DNA of 64,000 nt, from contig CAWELC010000012.1 in assembly GCA_963809875.1 (NCBI GenBank), positions 16,479 to 80,478 on the forward strand, read 5' to 3'. Made by a program: the position numbers and the translations under genes. Below, piece after piece: positions 1 to 8,943 of this stretch. The notes under the pieces are model-generated. The model did not search any database, had not been told where the DNA came from, and saw nothing but the letters and a program-made list of their open reading frames with translations. Every line of letters starts with the position of its first letter. Within the stretch, counting starts at the first letter, position 1. The stretch comes from an uncultured delta proteobacterium (GTDB taxonomy: Bacteria > Desulfobacterota > Zymogenia > Zymogenales > Zymogenaceae).

Positions 1-774
1 GCCCTCTGGGGGGCCCATATGATCGCGGGGGAAAACCCGAAGAAATATCGATTCAAGAACGCCTACCTGGGCAGACCCTACGGGGAAGAGGAAATACTAA
101 CCGCCCTTAAAACTACCCCGAATATCCGCTTTTCCCGGGAGAAGAATATCGTCGGCAAGGCCGCACGGATGCTGGCGGACGGCAAAATCATCGGATGGTT
201 TCAGGGAGGAAGCGAAGCCGGACCGCGAGCGCTCGGACACCGGAGCATCCTGTGCGACCCGAGCAAGCCGGACATGAAGGACGTCCTCAACGCACGGGTG
301 AAACACCGGGAGAGCTTCCGGCCCTTTGCCCCGTCCGTCCTCATGGAACACGCCTTTGACTATTTCGAGATCAGCTGTGAAAGCCCCTATATGCTCCTTA
401 TCGCCAAAGTAAAGGAAGATAAACAAAGAATTGTCCCGGCCATCACCCACGTGGACGGGACGGCGCGCGTCCAAACGGTGACCAAGAAGGACAACGGGAG
501 ATACTACGACCTCATCAAGGAATTCCATTCGATCACAAAAATTCCGGTGATCCTCAACACCTCTTTTAATATCGCGGGGGAGCCGATCGTCGAGACTCCC
601 GCCGACGCCATCAGGTGCTTCATGTCCACCGAGATGGACTATCTTTGCATCGAGGATTACTTTATCGAGGCGGCAGGACCGAAGGATCTCGTTCGCGGGC
701 CGGTCGTCGACGAGAACCGTCTGAAGGCAGACGATATCAGGGGCGTGTTTTCGTGGTTTAAGGCCAAAGGGTAG
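1..774 (+). CDS. Carbamoyltransferase family protein (NodU/CmcH type), C-terminal part; 5' end outside window
   Basis: Frame is open from base 1. Motifs GWFQGGSEAGPRALGHRSILCDP, FRPFAPSV, THVDGTARVQTV and NTSFNIAGEPIV are typical of the carbamoyltransferase C-terminal domain. Confidence 0.8.
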   Translation, partial: ALWGAHMIAGENPKKYRFKNAYLGRPYGEEEILTALKTTPNIRFSREKNIVGKAARMLADGKIIGWFQGGSEAGPRALGHRSILCDPSKPDMKDVLNARVKHRESFRPFAPSVLMEHAFDYFEISCESPYMLLIAKVKEDKQRIVPAITHVDGTARVQTVTKKDNGRYYDLIKEFHSITKIPVILNTSFNIAGEPIVETPADAIRCFMSTEMDYLCIEDYFIEAAGPKDLVRGPVVDENRLKADDIRGVFSWFKAKG

Positions 775-1015
775 GGCGCGTCCGCGATTGCGCTTTCTTC
801 CGGGGGGTGGCCGGCCTGCGGGCGTTTGCGATTTGCCGGCCATCACAAGAGACGTGTCCTTCTACTCGGTCGGAGGTCCGCGACGAAAGGAGAGGGAAAG
901 CAGGGGAAGGGTGGTCGGCCGGGGAATGTGGAGATACGTAACGACCGGGCGTATGCCCGACGGAGCGTCTCCTTTTTAGTACTCTATAAGGTCCCGCATA
1001 CGGATGAGGTGTGGT

Positions 1016-1939
1016 ATGAAGAAATTCCTCAAGATATCTCTGATCTTCGTCGCGTGTCTCGTTGTCGCCGGCTTCATCGGGAAATACTTTCTGCTGGACC
1101 GGGGCCCGATCCCGGCCGAGTCGACTTTCACCATTGATATGGACGAGGTCAGGAGGCTTGCCGCGGCCGACAACGCGGGGCTTCCGGTCGAGGTACGGTC
1201 CCTTGTCGTCGCCAAGGGGACGTTCCCTGCCCGGATAGTCATTGCCGGAGCGGGCGGAGGGGAGATCCCGATGACCTTTGCCTCCTATCAGGTGGTCTAC
1301 CCGGACAAGACCGTCGTCATCGATTCGTGTGCGGACAAGGCGTCCTTTGAGGCGATGCCCTTTGCGCCGAGCGATTATTCCGATGAAAACTACAAGGTCC
1401 TCCAGGAGTCGCTGAAGAAAGCGTCATTGGTTTTAATAACCCACGAGCATTACGACCATATCGGAGGCGTCGCAACATCCCCCTATATCAATGAGATACT
1501 CCCTCGCCTCCTCCTTACCACCGAACAGGTCGAAAGCCCCCTCATGAAAGACGCGGGATTCCCAACCGGGGCGTTGGACGGGTATACGCCGCTGTCGTAC
1601 GACCGTTATTACAGCCCGGCCCCGGGCATCGTCCTGATCAAGGCGCCCGGGCACGCACCGGGACAGCAGATCATCTACGTGAGGACGAAAGACGGCCGTG
1701 AATACCTCTTTGTCGGGGACATCGTGTGGAGTCGTGAGAACCTGAAGCGGGAGGTGAATCGGCCGCTTCTGATGTCTCTGGTGATGAACGAAGACCTGGA
1801 AGCCGCCCGGGGAGAGATCCGGTGGATCATCGATGATCTCTACAAGAACCCGAACAACGCCATAACGTATGTCGTCTCCCACGACGGTGAGCAGCTTGTC
1901 CGAATATATCGGGGCAGGGGTCATCGCTCGCGGGTTTAA
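1016..1939 (+). CDS. MBL-fold metallo-hydrolase with N-terminal membrane anchor/signal
   Basis: Hydrophobic N-terminus (KISLIFVACLVVAGFIG) followed by the beta-lactamase-fold motif ITHEHYDHIGG. An in-frame alternative ATG lies at 1004. Confidence 0.75.
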   Translation: MKKFLKISLIFVACLVVAGFIGKYFLLDRGPIPAESTFTIDMDEVRRLAAADNAGLPVEVRSLVVAKGTFPARIVIAGAGGGEIPMTFASYQVVYPDKTVVIDSCADKASFEAMPFAPSDYSDENYKVLQESLKKASLVLITHEHYDHIGGVATSPYINEILPRLLLTTEQVESPLMKDAGFPTGALDGYTPLSYDRYYSPAPGIVLIKAPGHAPGQQIIYVRTKDGREYLFVGDIVWSRENLKREVNRPLLMSLVMNEDLEAARGEIRWIIDDLYKNPNNAITYVVSHDGEQLVRIYRGRGHRSRV

Positions 1940-2059
1940 ATAGCGGGGGTCGGCAGGGTACCGCCGCGTCGGACATGGGCCGACCGTGTCGGTTCGCGGG
2001 CCGTCTAATCATCGCCCGCCGTCGTTTTGTAGCGGTTTTCTCATAGCGGGGAGCGTTCG

Positions 2060-3046
2060 ATGCAGGAAGAATATACCATCTTTCAGCTTTCCGACACCCA
2101 CTTCGACGGGAAGAACGTCGACCTCCTGGAGCTCGTGCTCAATTACCTGGTCGAGATCGGCCCCCGATACGTCCTGTTCACCGGCGACGTCGTCGACGGC
2201 CCGAAATACGATCCGCATCCCTTCATGCACATGATCAGGGACGCCCTTGCCCGCGTGAAGAAAAACACCGGCAGGCTCCCGATCTTCCTGGTGATTCCCG
2301 GCAACCACGACTTCTTCTGGGAGGGGACCTACGGCTTCAGGAAAGACCGGCGCTTCTATCAGGCCTTTCGCGAAGTGGAGCGTTCCTTCTTCTTCTCTCC
2401 CGCAGACGAGATCACCATCGTCCCCTTCGACTCCAACCGGGTTGTGGAGCCGCGGGGCGGATTCAAGCGAAGACTTCTACAGAGGATCCGCTACAAGTCC
2501 CACGGGCTGATTATCGAAAAGGACCTCGATGACTTCTCCCAGCAGATTCACCGTTTGGAGAAATCGGAAAATGCCCACGCCTTCCAGAGGTCCCTGAAGA
2601 TCGCCCTCGTCCACCACCACCCGTTGCCGACCACCTATAGCTATCTCCCGGCGCTGGCCGACGAGAGCTACATGATGCTCGAAAACGCGGGGGTATTCAT
2701 CTACCGGCTCGTCCAGGAGAACTTCGATCTGATCCTCCACGGCCACCGACACTATCCCCAATTCTGCCGTGCCGCCTACTACGATTCGAAGGGAAACGAA
2801 AAGGTCATCTCGGTCCTCGGGTGCGGCTCATCGGGGAAGCCCTACGACCAGTGGATAGCGACCGCGGGTCACAATTTCAACCTGATCCACGTCCATCAGG
2901 ACGGCTCCGTGACGGCCGAGCAGTATTTCAGGTTAGGCACGGGCGAATTCACACCGGCGGAGCGGATCATCACGATCCGGGGTCCCAAAAGGATGGAAAA
3001 GACAATTGAACATGAACCGGGAGGATGGTTCGGCCCGCAATTTTAG
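2060..3046 (+). CDS. Metallophosphoesterase (calcineurin-like)
   Basis: Motifs LSDTHFDG, FTGDVVDG, PGNHDF, LHGHRH. Confidence 0.8.
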   Translation: MQEEYTIFQLSDTHFDGKNVDLLELVLNYLVEIGPRYVLFTGDVVDGPKYDPHPFMHMIRDALARVKKNTGRLPIFLVIPGNHDFFWEGTYGFRKDRRFYQAFREVERSFFFSPADEITIVPFDSNRVVEPRGGFKRRLLQRIRYKSHGLIIEKDLDDFSQQIHRLEKSENAHAFQRSLKIALVHHHPLPTTYSYLPALADESYMMLENAGVFIYRLVQENFDLILHGHRHYPQFCRAAYYDSKGNEKVISVLGCGSSGKPYDQWIATAGHNFNLIHVHQDGSVTAEQYFRLGTGEFTPAERIITIRGPKRMEKTIEHEPGGWFGPQF

Positions 3047-3688
3047 GGCCAGGGCGCGCAAGACCTTCGACACGGCGTCGTCGTTCTACGGACTATTTGA
3101 CTTCTTCTCGAAAGGGGTCTTTGGCGAGGCGGCGGCGCTCCTGCCCCGGACCATCCCGATGGGACCGGAGACCTCGGTGCTGGAGGTCTTCTGCGCGACG
3201 GGGTTCTTCTCCCGCATCCTTGCCGCCGGAGGCTCGCGCGTGACGGCGCGTAGACCTCTCGCCCCTGATGGTCACAAGGGCGCGGCGGGAAGCGCGCGGC
3301 CTTCCCGTCGAGTTCCTCGTGGCCGACGCCGCCGACCTCCCGTTTGGTGACGACACCTTCGGGCTGGTGGTGGCGGGGCGCGGGCTGCACGGCATGCCCC
3401 GGGTAGTCAGGGACGCCGTCGTGGCCGAGATCCACAGGGTTTGTGCGGGCCATGCCCTTTTCATGGAGCCCACGCGCCCCGTGTCGCCTCGTCGAACGGG
3501 CGATTATGGGGGTCCTCGAACGGCTCGAGGGAGGATATGACGACTACCGTGACTTTATCGCCACGGATTTCAAGGCCTACCTCTCGGGCCTGGGTTTTGT
3601 CCCGCGGGACCTGATCTCCCGCGACGGCCAACAGATACTGCTTGCCGCCAAAGGCCCGAAGCCCCGTTCCTCCGCCGGTCGCCTCTGA
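3012..3688 (+). pseudogene. Class I SAM-dependent methyltransferase, split over three frames as assembled (two +1 breaks; possible sequence error)
   Basis: SAM motif I (VLEVFCATGFF) is in the frame of 3012. The continuation (DLSPLMVTRARREA..FLVADAADLPFGDDTFGLVVAGRGLH) is in the +1 frame from ~3246-3251. The C-terminus (RLVERAIMGVLERLEGGYDDYRDFIATDF..) is in a further +1 frame from ~3478-3486. Confidence 0.65.
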
Positions 3689-3704
3689 TACTCCCATCTT
3701 TCCC

Positions 3705-3734
3705 TTGACACGCCGCCAGCCGGCCCGTTATTAT
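3705..3734 (+). promoter_or_regulatory. Sigma70-like promoter abutting the MFS start codons (possible leaderless mRNA)
   Basis: TTGACA (3705-3710), 18-nt spacer, TATTAT (3729-3734). Three consecutive ATGs start 2 nt later and there is no Shine-Dalgarno sequence. Confidence 0.35.
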
Positions 3735-3736
3735 CG

Positions 3737-4975
3737 ATGATGATGATACGCGACCCTCGTAACGACTTCTCGATCAACGCCATGGCGCTGACCATCTTTA
3801 CCACCAACATCGGCGGCGGTATCATCATCTCGATACTCTCGCTCTACATCAAACACCTCAACATAAGTCTGACGCTGGGGGGACTGGCTATCTCGCTGTT
3901 TGCCATCACCCGGGGCATCTCTCAGCCGATCGTCGGGCACTTCATCGACAGGATCGACCCCCGGCCTGTCATCACCGCGGGGATCATTATCTTCACGATC
4001 GCCTCGGCGGCGCCCGCAATCCCAAACGCGATCATCCTCTTTACCGCTCGGGCGCTGTTGGGTATATCCTCGGGGATGGTGGTCGTGGCCTGCTACACGA
4101 TCATCGCGCGACTCTACGGGGATGCCTACCTGCGCAGGATGGCCAATGCCCGTTTTATGGCGCTGGAGATGATCGGCTCGATCGTCGGGCCGGTGCTGGG
4201 GTCGGTGACCTTCTGGCTGTCGGGCTCCTTTTCGTCGCCCTTCATCGTCTGCTCGATGTTCGGGGTGATCGCGCTGGCGCTCTTCCTGAAACGGGTAAAG
4301 GATATCGGAGGCGACAGGCCGCCGCAGGTGGCCAACAACGACAATCCGTCCGCCGGGCGAATGAAGTTCGCACCCGGGGGGCTGGCCGCCCTGTCGCTGT
4401 TATCGGGCCTGAACTTCACGCTCATGTTCGTCTGGGGCGGGCTCCTGCTGATCATGCCCCTGTTTGCCGATTCGGTTGGGATCGCCGGGTACAAGGCGGG
4501 CTACCTCTTCGGGGCGCTTTCGTTCGGGATGATCCTCTCCATCTGGATGACCCAGCGCGAGTTCTTCGGCAAGGTCCGCATCGAGCCGCTGATCATCGTG
4601 GGGAGTTTTTTCGCCCTCATTCCCCTGACGATCCTCGTCTTCGTGACGCATTTTTGGATCTGGCTCCTGATATTCTGGGCGATGGGGATGGGGGTAGGGG
4701 TTCTCTTTCCGATCTTTCCTTCCATGGCCACGGAGGCCATAGTCGACCGGCCGGGGCAGGGGGTGAGCTACCTCGAGATGGGCGGGAATATCGGGTTTAT
4801 CCTCGGCCCGATCATGGCCTCGCTTTTCGTGCGGGGCAACGACGTGACGCTCCCCTTCTATTTCGAAGTGGCCGTTTCCTACGTGACGGTGCCGGGGGCG
4901 ATCGCCCTGGTGTTTCTGAGGTCGCGGATGGCGCGGGCCAAGAAGGAGCTCACAGAAGAGTCTTTGACTCAGTGA
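3737..4975 (+). CDS. MFS transporter
   Basis: Multi-TM hydrophobic profile with an MFS motif-A-like loop (GHFIDRIDPRP). 412-aa ORF. Confidence 0.8.
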   Translation: MMMIRDPRNDFSINAMALTIFTTNIGGGIIISILSLYIKHLNISLTLGGLAISLFAITRGISQPIVGHFIDRIDPRPVITAGIIIFTIASAAPAIPNAIILFTARALLGISSGMVVVACYTIIARLYGDAYLRRMANARFMALEMIGSIVGPVLGSVTFWLSGSFSSPFIVCSMFGVIALALFLKRVKDIGGDRPPQVANNDNPSAGRMKFAPGGLAALSLLSGLNFTLMFVWGGLLLIMPLFADSVGIAGYKAGYLFGALSFGMILSIWMTQREFFGKVRIEPLIIVGSFFALIPLTILVFVTHFWIWLLIFWAMGMGVGVLFPIFPSMATEAIVDRPGQGVSYLEMGGNIGFILGPIMASLFVRGNDVTLPFYFEVAVSYVTVPGAIALVFLRSRMARAKKELTEESLTQ

Positions 4976-5606
4976 ATAGCACGCCCGCGTCCTCCATCGT
5001 CTTGAGGGACATCTCCAGATGTCCGGGTGGAGAGGCGACCGGGCGGGTGAGGTCGTAGATGACCACCGCCTCAAAGCCCATCGCTACGGCGTCTTTTGCG
5101 CTGTAAAAGACGCAGTAGTCCAGCGCCAGCCCGGACAGAAATACGCGACGCGCCTTCTTGGTCTTCAGGTAGCCCGACAACCCCGTCTCGGTAACCATAT
5201 CGTTTTCCTTGAGCACCGAATAGCTGTCGATATCACGGTGGTAGCCTTTCCTGAGGATGAGCGTCGCCCGGTCGGCCTCAAACTCCGGGTGGAACGCGGC
5301 GCCCTTTGTCCCCTGAATACAATGATCGGGCCACAGGACGGGCCCCAGCCCCGGGGCCTCGAACAGGTCGTAGGGCGACTTTCCGGGGTGCATGCTGGCA
5401 AACGAGCGGTGGTCCTTCGGATGCCAGTCCTGGGTGGCAACCACGGTCACGAAGAGGGGAAGGACCCGGTTGATGCCGCCGACGATCTCGTCGCCTCCCG
5501 AGACGGGGAGGTTGCCTCCGGGCATAAAATCGGGTTGGAGGTCGACCACGATGAGGGCGTCATCCGGCCTGACCAGGATGTCTTTCGAAAAGCGTATATC
5601 GGGCAT
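4950..5606 (-). CDS. pncA: Nicotinamidase/pyrazinamidase (isochorismatase fold)
   Basis: IVVDLQPDFMPGGNLPV, VVATQDWHPKDHRSFAS, LSGLALDYCV. Confidence 0.7.
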   Translation of the reverse strand: MPDIRFSKDILVRPDDALIVVDLQPDFMPGGNLPVSGGDEIVGGINRVLPLFVTVVATQDWHPKDHRSFASMHPGKSPYDLFEAPGLGPVLWPDHCIQGTKGAAFHPEFEADRATLILRKGYHRDIDSYSVLKENDMVTETGLSGYLKTKKARRVFLSGLALDYCVFYSAKDAVAMGFEAVVIYDLTRPVASPPGHLEMSLKTMEDAGVLFTESKTLL

Positions 5607-5698
5607 GGGGCCTCCTTGTGGCGTTACTATAGTGTATCGCGTCGATTTGTGTCAAGTGAAATGGGGCCGGCCGGGACGGCGATCCGGGAAATTGGCTA

Positions 5699-5727
5699 TT
5701 GAAATCGGTGCGATATCTTGGTACAAT
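5699..5727 (+). promoter_or_regulatory. Sigma70-like promoter directly upstream of the ATG at 5736 (possible leaderless mRNA)
   Basis: TTGAAA (5699-5704), 17-nt spacer, TACAAT (5722-5727). The ATG is 8 nt after the -10 box and there is no SD. Confidence 0.4.
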
Positions 5728-5735
5728 AAGCGCCA

Positions 5736-6560
5736 ATGATCAAGGACGTCATCATAGAGCTTGTCCGCGGCCGGATCGTCTTTTCCTGCCCCCACTGCCT
5801 GGCCAAGGACGTTTTTTCACCCGAGACGGTGGGCGGGATCTCAAGCGCCATCACGGCCCTGAAATGTCCCCGCTGCAGCTACATGGTGAGCCTCAACAAA
5901 TCCAGGATCGAGGCCGCCGTAGGTTCCATCGTCGCCGGTGACCCTCTGGTGAAAAATCCCCTTGAACACGAGAAACCCGCGGAGCCGCCCCCGCCAGCGG
6001 AGCCGCCGCCACCCCCCCCGCCCAAGAAGCCGCAGGCGGCCCCCCCGGTCCAAAAAGAAGCACGGCCGCACCGGCCCGCTCCCACGCCGCCTGCCGCGAC
6101 CGAAAAGCTTCCCGCCGACTACGTGATGCAGCGCGTCCACGGCGAGCGGGGCACACCGATGCCGTCTACGGTGCGCTTGACCGACCTGATCCTCGTCGTG
6201 GACCAGGAGGACTCCTTCCGGGACGACGTCTGGATCACGTTTTCCGACATCGCGCGGGTGGAAGGCTACCGGGGCGCGAGGGGCGCCGCCGACTATATCA
6301 AGATGCGCGCCGGGGAGGTTACCATCATGATGATGGAGCTGGACCTCGGTGACGGGAACTGCTTCGATGTGCTGGAGGCCCTGAAGAACGACGGCAAGGC
6401 CGGCAGGATCCCCACCATCGTTACCTACACCGACATGAGCCAGTACGAGATTGTCAGGGAAGGGCTCGGCAGCTATCCTCAGGTGAAGTTCTGCATCCAG
6501 AAGGAGGAGTTCATCAAGAAGATGATCGAGCTCTCCATCAAGATCGTCAAGAAGGAATAG
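5736..6560 (+). CDS. Zinc-ribbon / Pro-rich linker / CheY-like receiver fusion protein (paralog 1)
   Basis: CxxC..CxxC (SCPHC...KCPRC) resembling MJ0042-type zinc ribbons. Linker PAEPPPPAEPPPPPPPKKPQAAPP. Receiver-like C-terminus (LILVVDQEDS, MMMELDLGDGNCFDVLEAL, IPTIVTYT, KFCIQKEEF). Confidence 0.6.
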   Translation: MIKDVIIELVRGRIVFSCPHCLAKDVFSPETVGGISSAITALKCPRCSYMVSLNKSRIEAAVGSIVAGDPLVKNPLEHEKPAEPPPPAEPPPPPPPKKPQAAPPVQKEARPHRPAPTPPAATEKLPADYVMQRVHGERGTPMPSTVRLTDLILVVDQEDSFRDDVWITFSDIARVEGYRGARGAADYIKMRAGEVTIMMMELDLGDGNCFDVLEALKNDGKAGRIPTIVTYTDMSQYEIVREGLGSYPQVKFCIQKEEFIKKMIELSIKIVKKE

Positions 6561-6731
6561 CGAGACGATCGCTGTGCCCCACCGATTGCCCACACACCTG
6601 CCGTTTTACCCGCGAGATATCTTCCATAAATAGTCCGGATGGGATAAAAACGTTTGTAACCCGGGCGTCTTGTGGTATGATTCCGCCAGGTCGTTCCCGT
6701 TCGTTGGACTTCTCTTGTGGTGTGCGCTGCT

Positions 6732-7400
6732 ATGGCCCCCGAAGTCGTCATTACCATCGTCAATCAGGTGATCGTCTTTTCCTGTCCCTCCTGCGGTAAG
6801 ACGGGGGGCTTTCCCCTCGAGCTGATCCGGGAGATGACCGACGAGACCATCCCCTACCCGTGCGGGCACTGCGGCGCCGAGGCCGCCTTCGATGCGTCCC
6901 GGATAGAGGGGACGGTGCGTCTCATGAAGAAGGATGACCCCGGCCTGAAGGGGCCCTTCGACGTGAAGTTCGCGGAGGGATCCCTCATGCAGGGAGATTC
7001 CGCCCCGGGGGGGGACCAGGACGTAATCGTGGTCATCGACAGTGACGAGAGCTTCCGCAAAGACATCGGCACGATCTTCGAGGGGCTGGCGCGGGTGGAG
7101 GCCTACGGGGGGAGCAAAGGGGCGGCCGAGTTCATCATCAGCCACGCCAAACGCGCCATACTCATGATCCTTGACGTCTACCTGGGGGACGGGACGTTTA
7201 TCGACATACTCGGCGGGATCAGGGAAAACAATAAGGCGGCAAAGATCTCCACGATCGTGGTCCACCCCACGCGCAAAGATCGGGTCATCATCGAACAGAT
7301 GGTGCTGCCGTTCCCGCAGATCAAGCGCATCATCCACAAGGACGACCTCCTCAAACGCCTCACCGAGCTTGCCGAGAAGTTTCCGAGCAAGGGGAAATAG
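6732..7400 (+). CDS. Zinc-ribbon / receiver-like fusion protein (paralog 2, short linker)
   Basis: SCPSCGK...PCGHCG zinc ribbon. Receiver-like VIVVIDSDES, LMILDVYLGDGTFIDIL, STIVVHPT, IKRIIHKDDL. Same architecture as 5736..6560. In-frame GTG alternatives at 6717/6720. Confidence 0.6.
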   Translation: MAPEVVITIVNQVIVFSCPSCGKTGGFPLELIREMTDETIPYPCGHCGAEAAFDASRIEGTVRLMKKDDPGLKGPFDVKFAEGSLMQGDSAPGGDQDVIVVIDSDESFRKDIGTIFEGLARVEAYGGSKGAAEFIISHAKRAILMILDVYLGDGTFIDILGGIRENNKAAKISTIVVHPTRKDRVIIEQMVLPFPQIKRIIHKDDLLKRLTELAEKFPSKGK

Positions 7401-7403
7401 AGT

Positions 7404-7496
7404 TACCGTCATTGCGAAGGCACCTCTCTCCCATCAGGGCCCACGAAGCCTGCTTCGTGGGGTGATAGTGGCGCGGCAATCCCCCGACTGTCACCG
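7404..7496. repeat. Composite palindromic intergenic repeat (unit R1 interrupted by hairpin unit R2); same family as 51959..52723
   Basis: taccgtcattgcgaagg [cacctctctcccatcagggcccacgaagcctgcttcgtggggtgatagtg] gcgcggcaatcccccgactgtcacc. The flanks match ccaccgtcattgcgaggg..cccgtggcaatccc.tg.ctgtcacc at 52196-52250 and its reverse complement at 52600-52660. The insert matches the reverse complement of 52540-52600. Confidence 0.7.
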
Positions 7497-7571
7497 TAAT
7501 CAAGAAAGTATAGGACGGGCACGACGAAGCGCGCCCCTGCGGGTGCTCACCTGATTCACAGATATACCGGG

Positions 7572-7604
7572 ACGGGCGGCGCACTTCACCGCCCGTTTTT
7601 GTTT
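7572..7604 (+). terminator. Rho-independent terminator after the zinc-ribbon/receiver paralogs
   Basis: acgggcgg / ccgcccgt stem, 9-nt loop, then TTTTTGTTT. Confidence 0.6.
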
Positions 7605-7687
7605 CCGGGAAGAGGGGGTTATTATTGTGCGGTCGCGTTTTTTATGTTATAAGAAGAAATAGGCTCAATGTACTAATGGGGTAACCC

Positions 7688-8887
7688 GTGGCCAGGAAAA
7701 GCGATACACAGCCCGTCGCGGTGAAGTCCGCGGAAAACCTATCACCCCCGCCCCCCACTCCCCCCATCAACGTGATCCACGTCGCCGCGGCGGTGGGCGT
7801 GACGGTGCTCCTTGCCATCATCATGCGCGACCTGGCCTCCATCCTTAAGCCCTTCTTCATCGCGATATTCCTCTCCATCCTCGTCTACCCGGCCGGGACG
7901 TTCTTTGCCAAATATAAAATCCCCCGCGGGATTACGTACCTGGTGACCCTCGGCGCCTTCTTCTCGCTCTTCTACGTGCTGGGCGCCCTGATCTCCGTCA
8001 ACGTCACCGATTTCATCGCCAACCTCCCCTCCTACGAAACGAAGTTCAGGGCGCTTGTCACCCAGGCGGTGGAGCTGGTATCCCGCCACGGGATCCTCGA
8101 GCGGTTCGGAGTCGACCTGAATACCGACCTTTCGGAAATCCCGTTGACCGACTATATCTCCATCCAGAATCTCACAAAGGCGGCGGGCCAGAGCCTCGGC
8201 TCGTTCGTCGGGATCGTCGCGGACACGCTGGTCGTCATCTTCTTCATGATCTTTATCCTTCTTGAGGTCGATAAGCTCCCCGAGCGTATCCGGTGGGCTT
8301 ACGGCCCCGAGCAGTCGGTCGAGATCATGGAGGTGGGCGAAACGATCAACCTGAGCGTTATCAAGTATCTCGGCGTGGTGACCCTCATTAACTTCACGAT
8401 TGCCGTGTCCTATGTCGTGATCCTTCTGATCATGGGAGAGGAGTTCGCGATCCTTTGGGGGGTGCTCGCCTTTCTCCTCAACTTCATCCCCTACCTCGGT
8501 TCTTACGTCGCCGTTTTCCTCCCGGTGCTGACCGCCCTCGTGCAGTTCTCGCCCGCGACGGCGCTGGTGCTCCTGGTCGTCCTCATCTCGATCCAGGTCT
8601 TCCTGGGCAATTTCGTCCAGCCGCGAATCATGGGAAGGAACCTGAACCTCTCCCCTCTGGTCGTCCTGATCTCGCTGGCTTTCTGGGGCTGGCTCTGGGG
8701 GATTACGGGGATGTTTTTGGCGGTGCCGATCACGGCGACGATCAAGATCGTGCTGGAACACCTCCCCAGCACCCAGAACATAGCCCGCCTAATGAGCGAG
8801 GGTGCGGGCAAAGAGGAAGAACGGGTCCCTCGGAAGTTATTGTCGCTGCCCGCCGCGATCACAAAGCGGGTGAGACTCCGGCGATGA
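7688..8887 (+). CDS. AI-2E family transporter (UPF0118/PerM-like), paralog 1
   Basis: LNFIPYLGSYVAV, GNFVQPRIMGRNLNLSPLVVLISLAFWGWLWGITGMFLAVPITA. GTG start. Confidence 0.8.
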   Translation: MARKSDTQPVAVKSAENLSPPPPTPPINVIHVAAAVGVTVLLAIIMRDLASILKPFFIAIFLSILVYPAGTFFAKYKIPRGITYLVTLGAFFSLFYVLGALISVNVTDFIANLPSYETKFRALVTQAVELVSRHGILERFGVDLNTDLSEIPLTDYISIQNLTKAAGQSLGSFVGIVADTLVVIFFMIFILLEVDKLPERIRWAYGPEQSVEIMEVGETINLSVIKYLGVVTLINFTIAVSYVVILLIMGEEFAILWGVLAFLLNFIPYLGSYVAVFLPVLTALVQFSPATALVLLVVLISIQVFLGNFVQPRIMGRNLNLSPLVVLISLAFWGWLWGITGMFLAVPITATIKIVLEHLPSTQNIARLMSEGAGKEEERVPRKLLSLPAAITKRVRLRR

Positions 8888-8943
8888 CCGCCCGGCTTGT
8901 CTCGCCCCTTGCGGTAGGATCGTATCCGATATAAGGTTATGCT

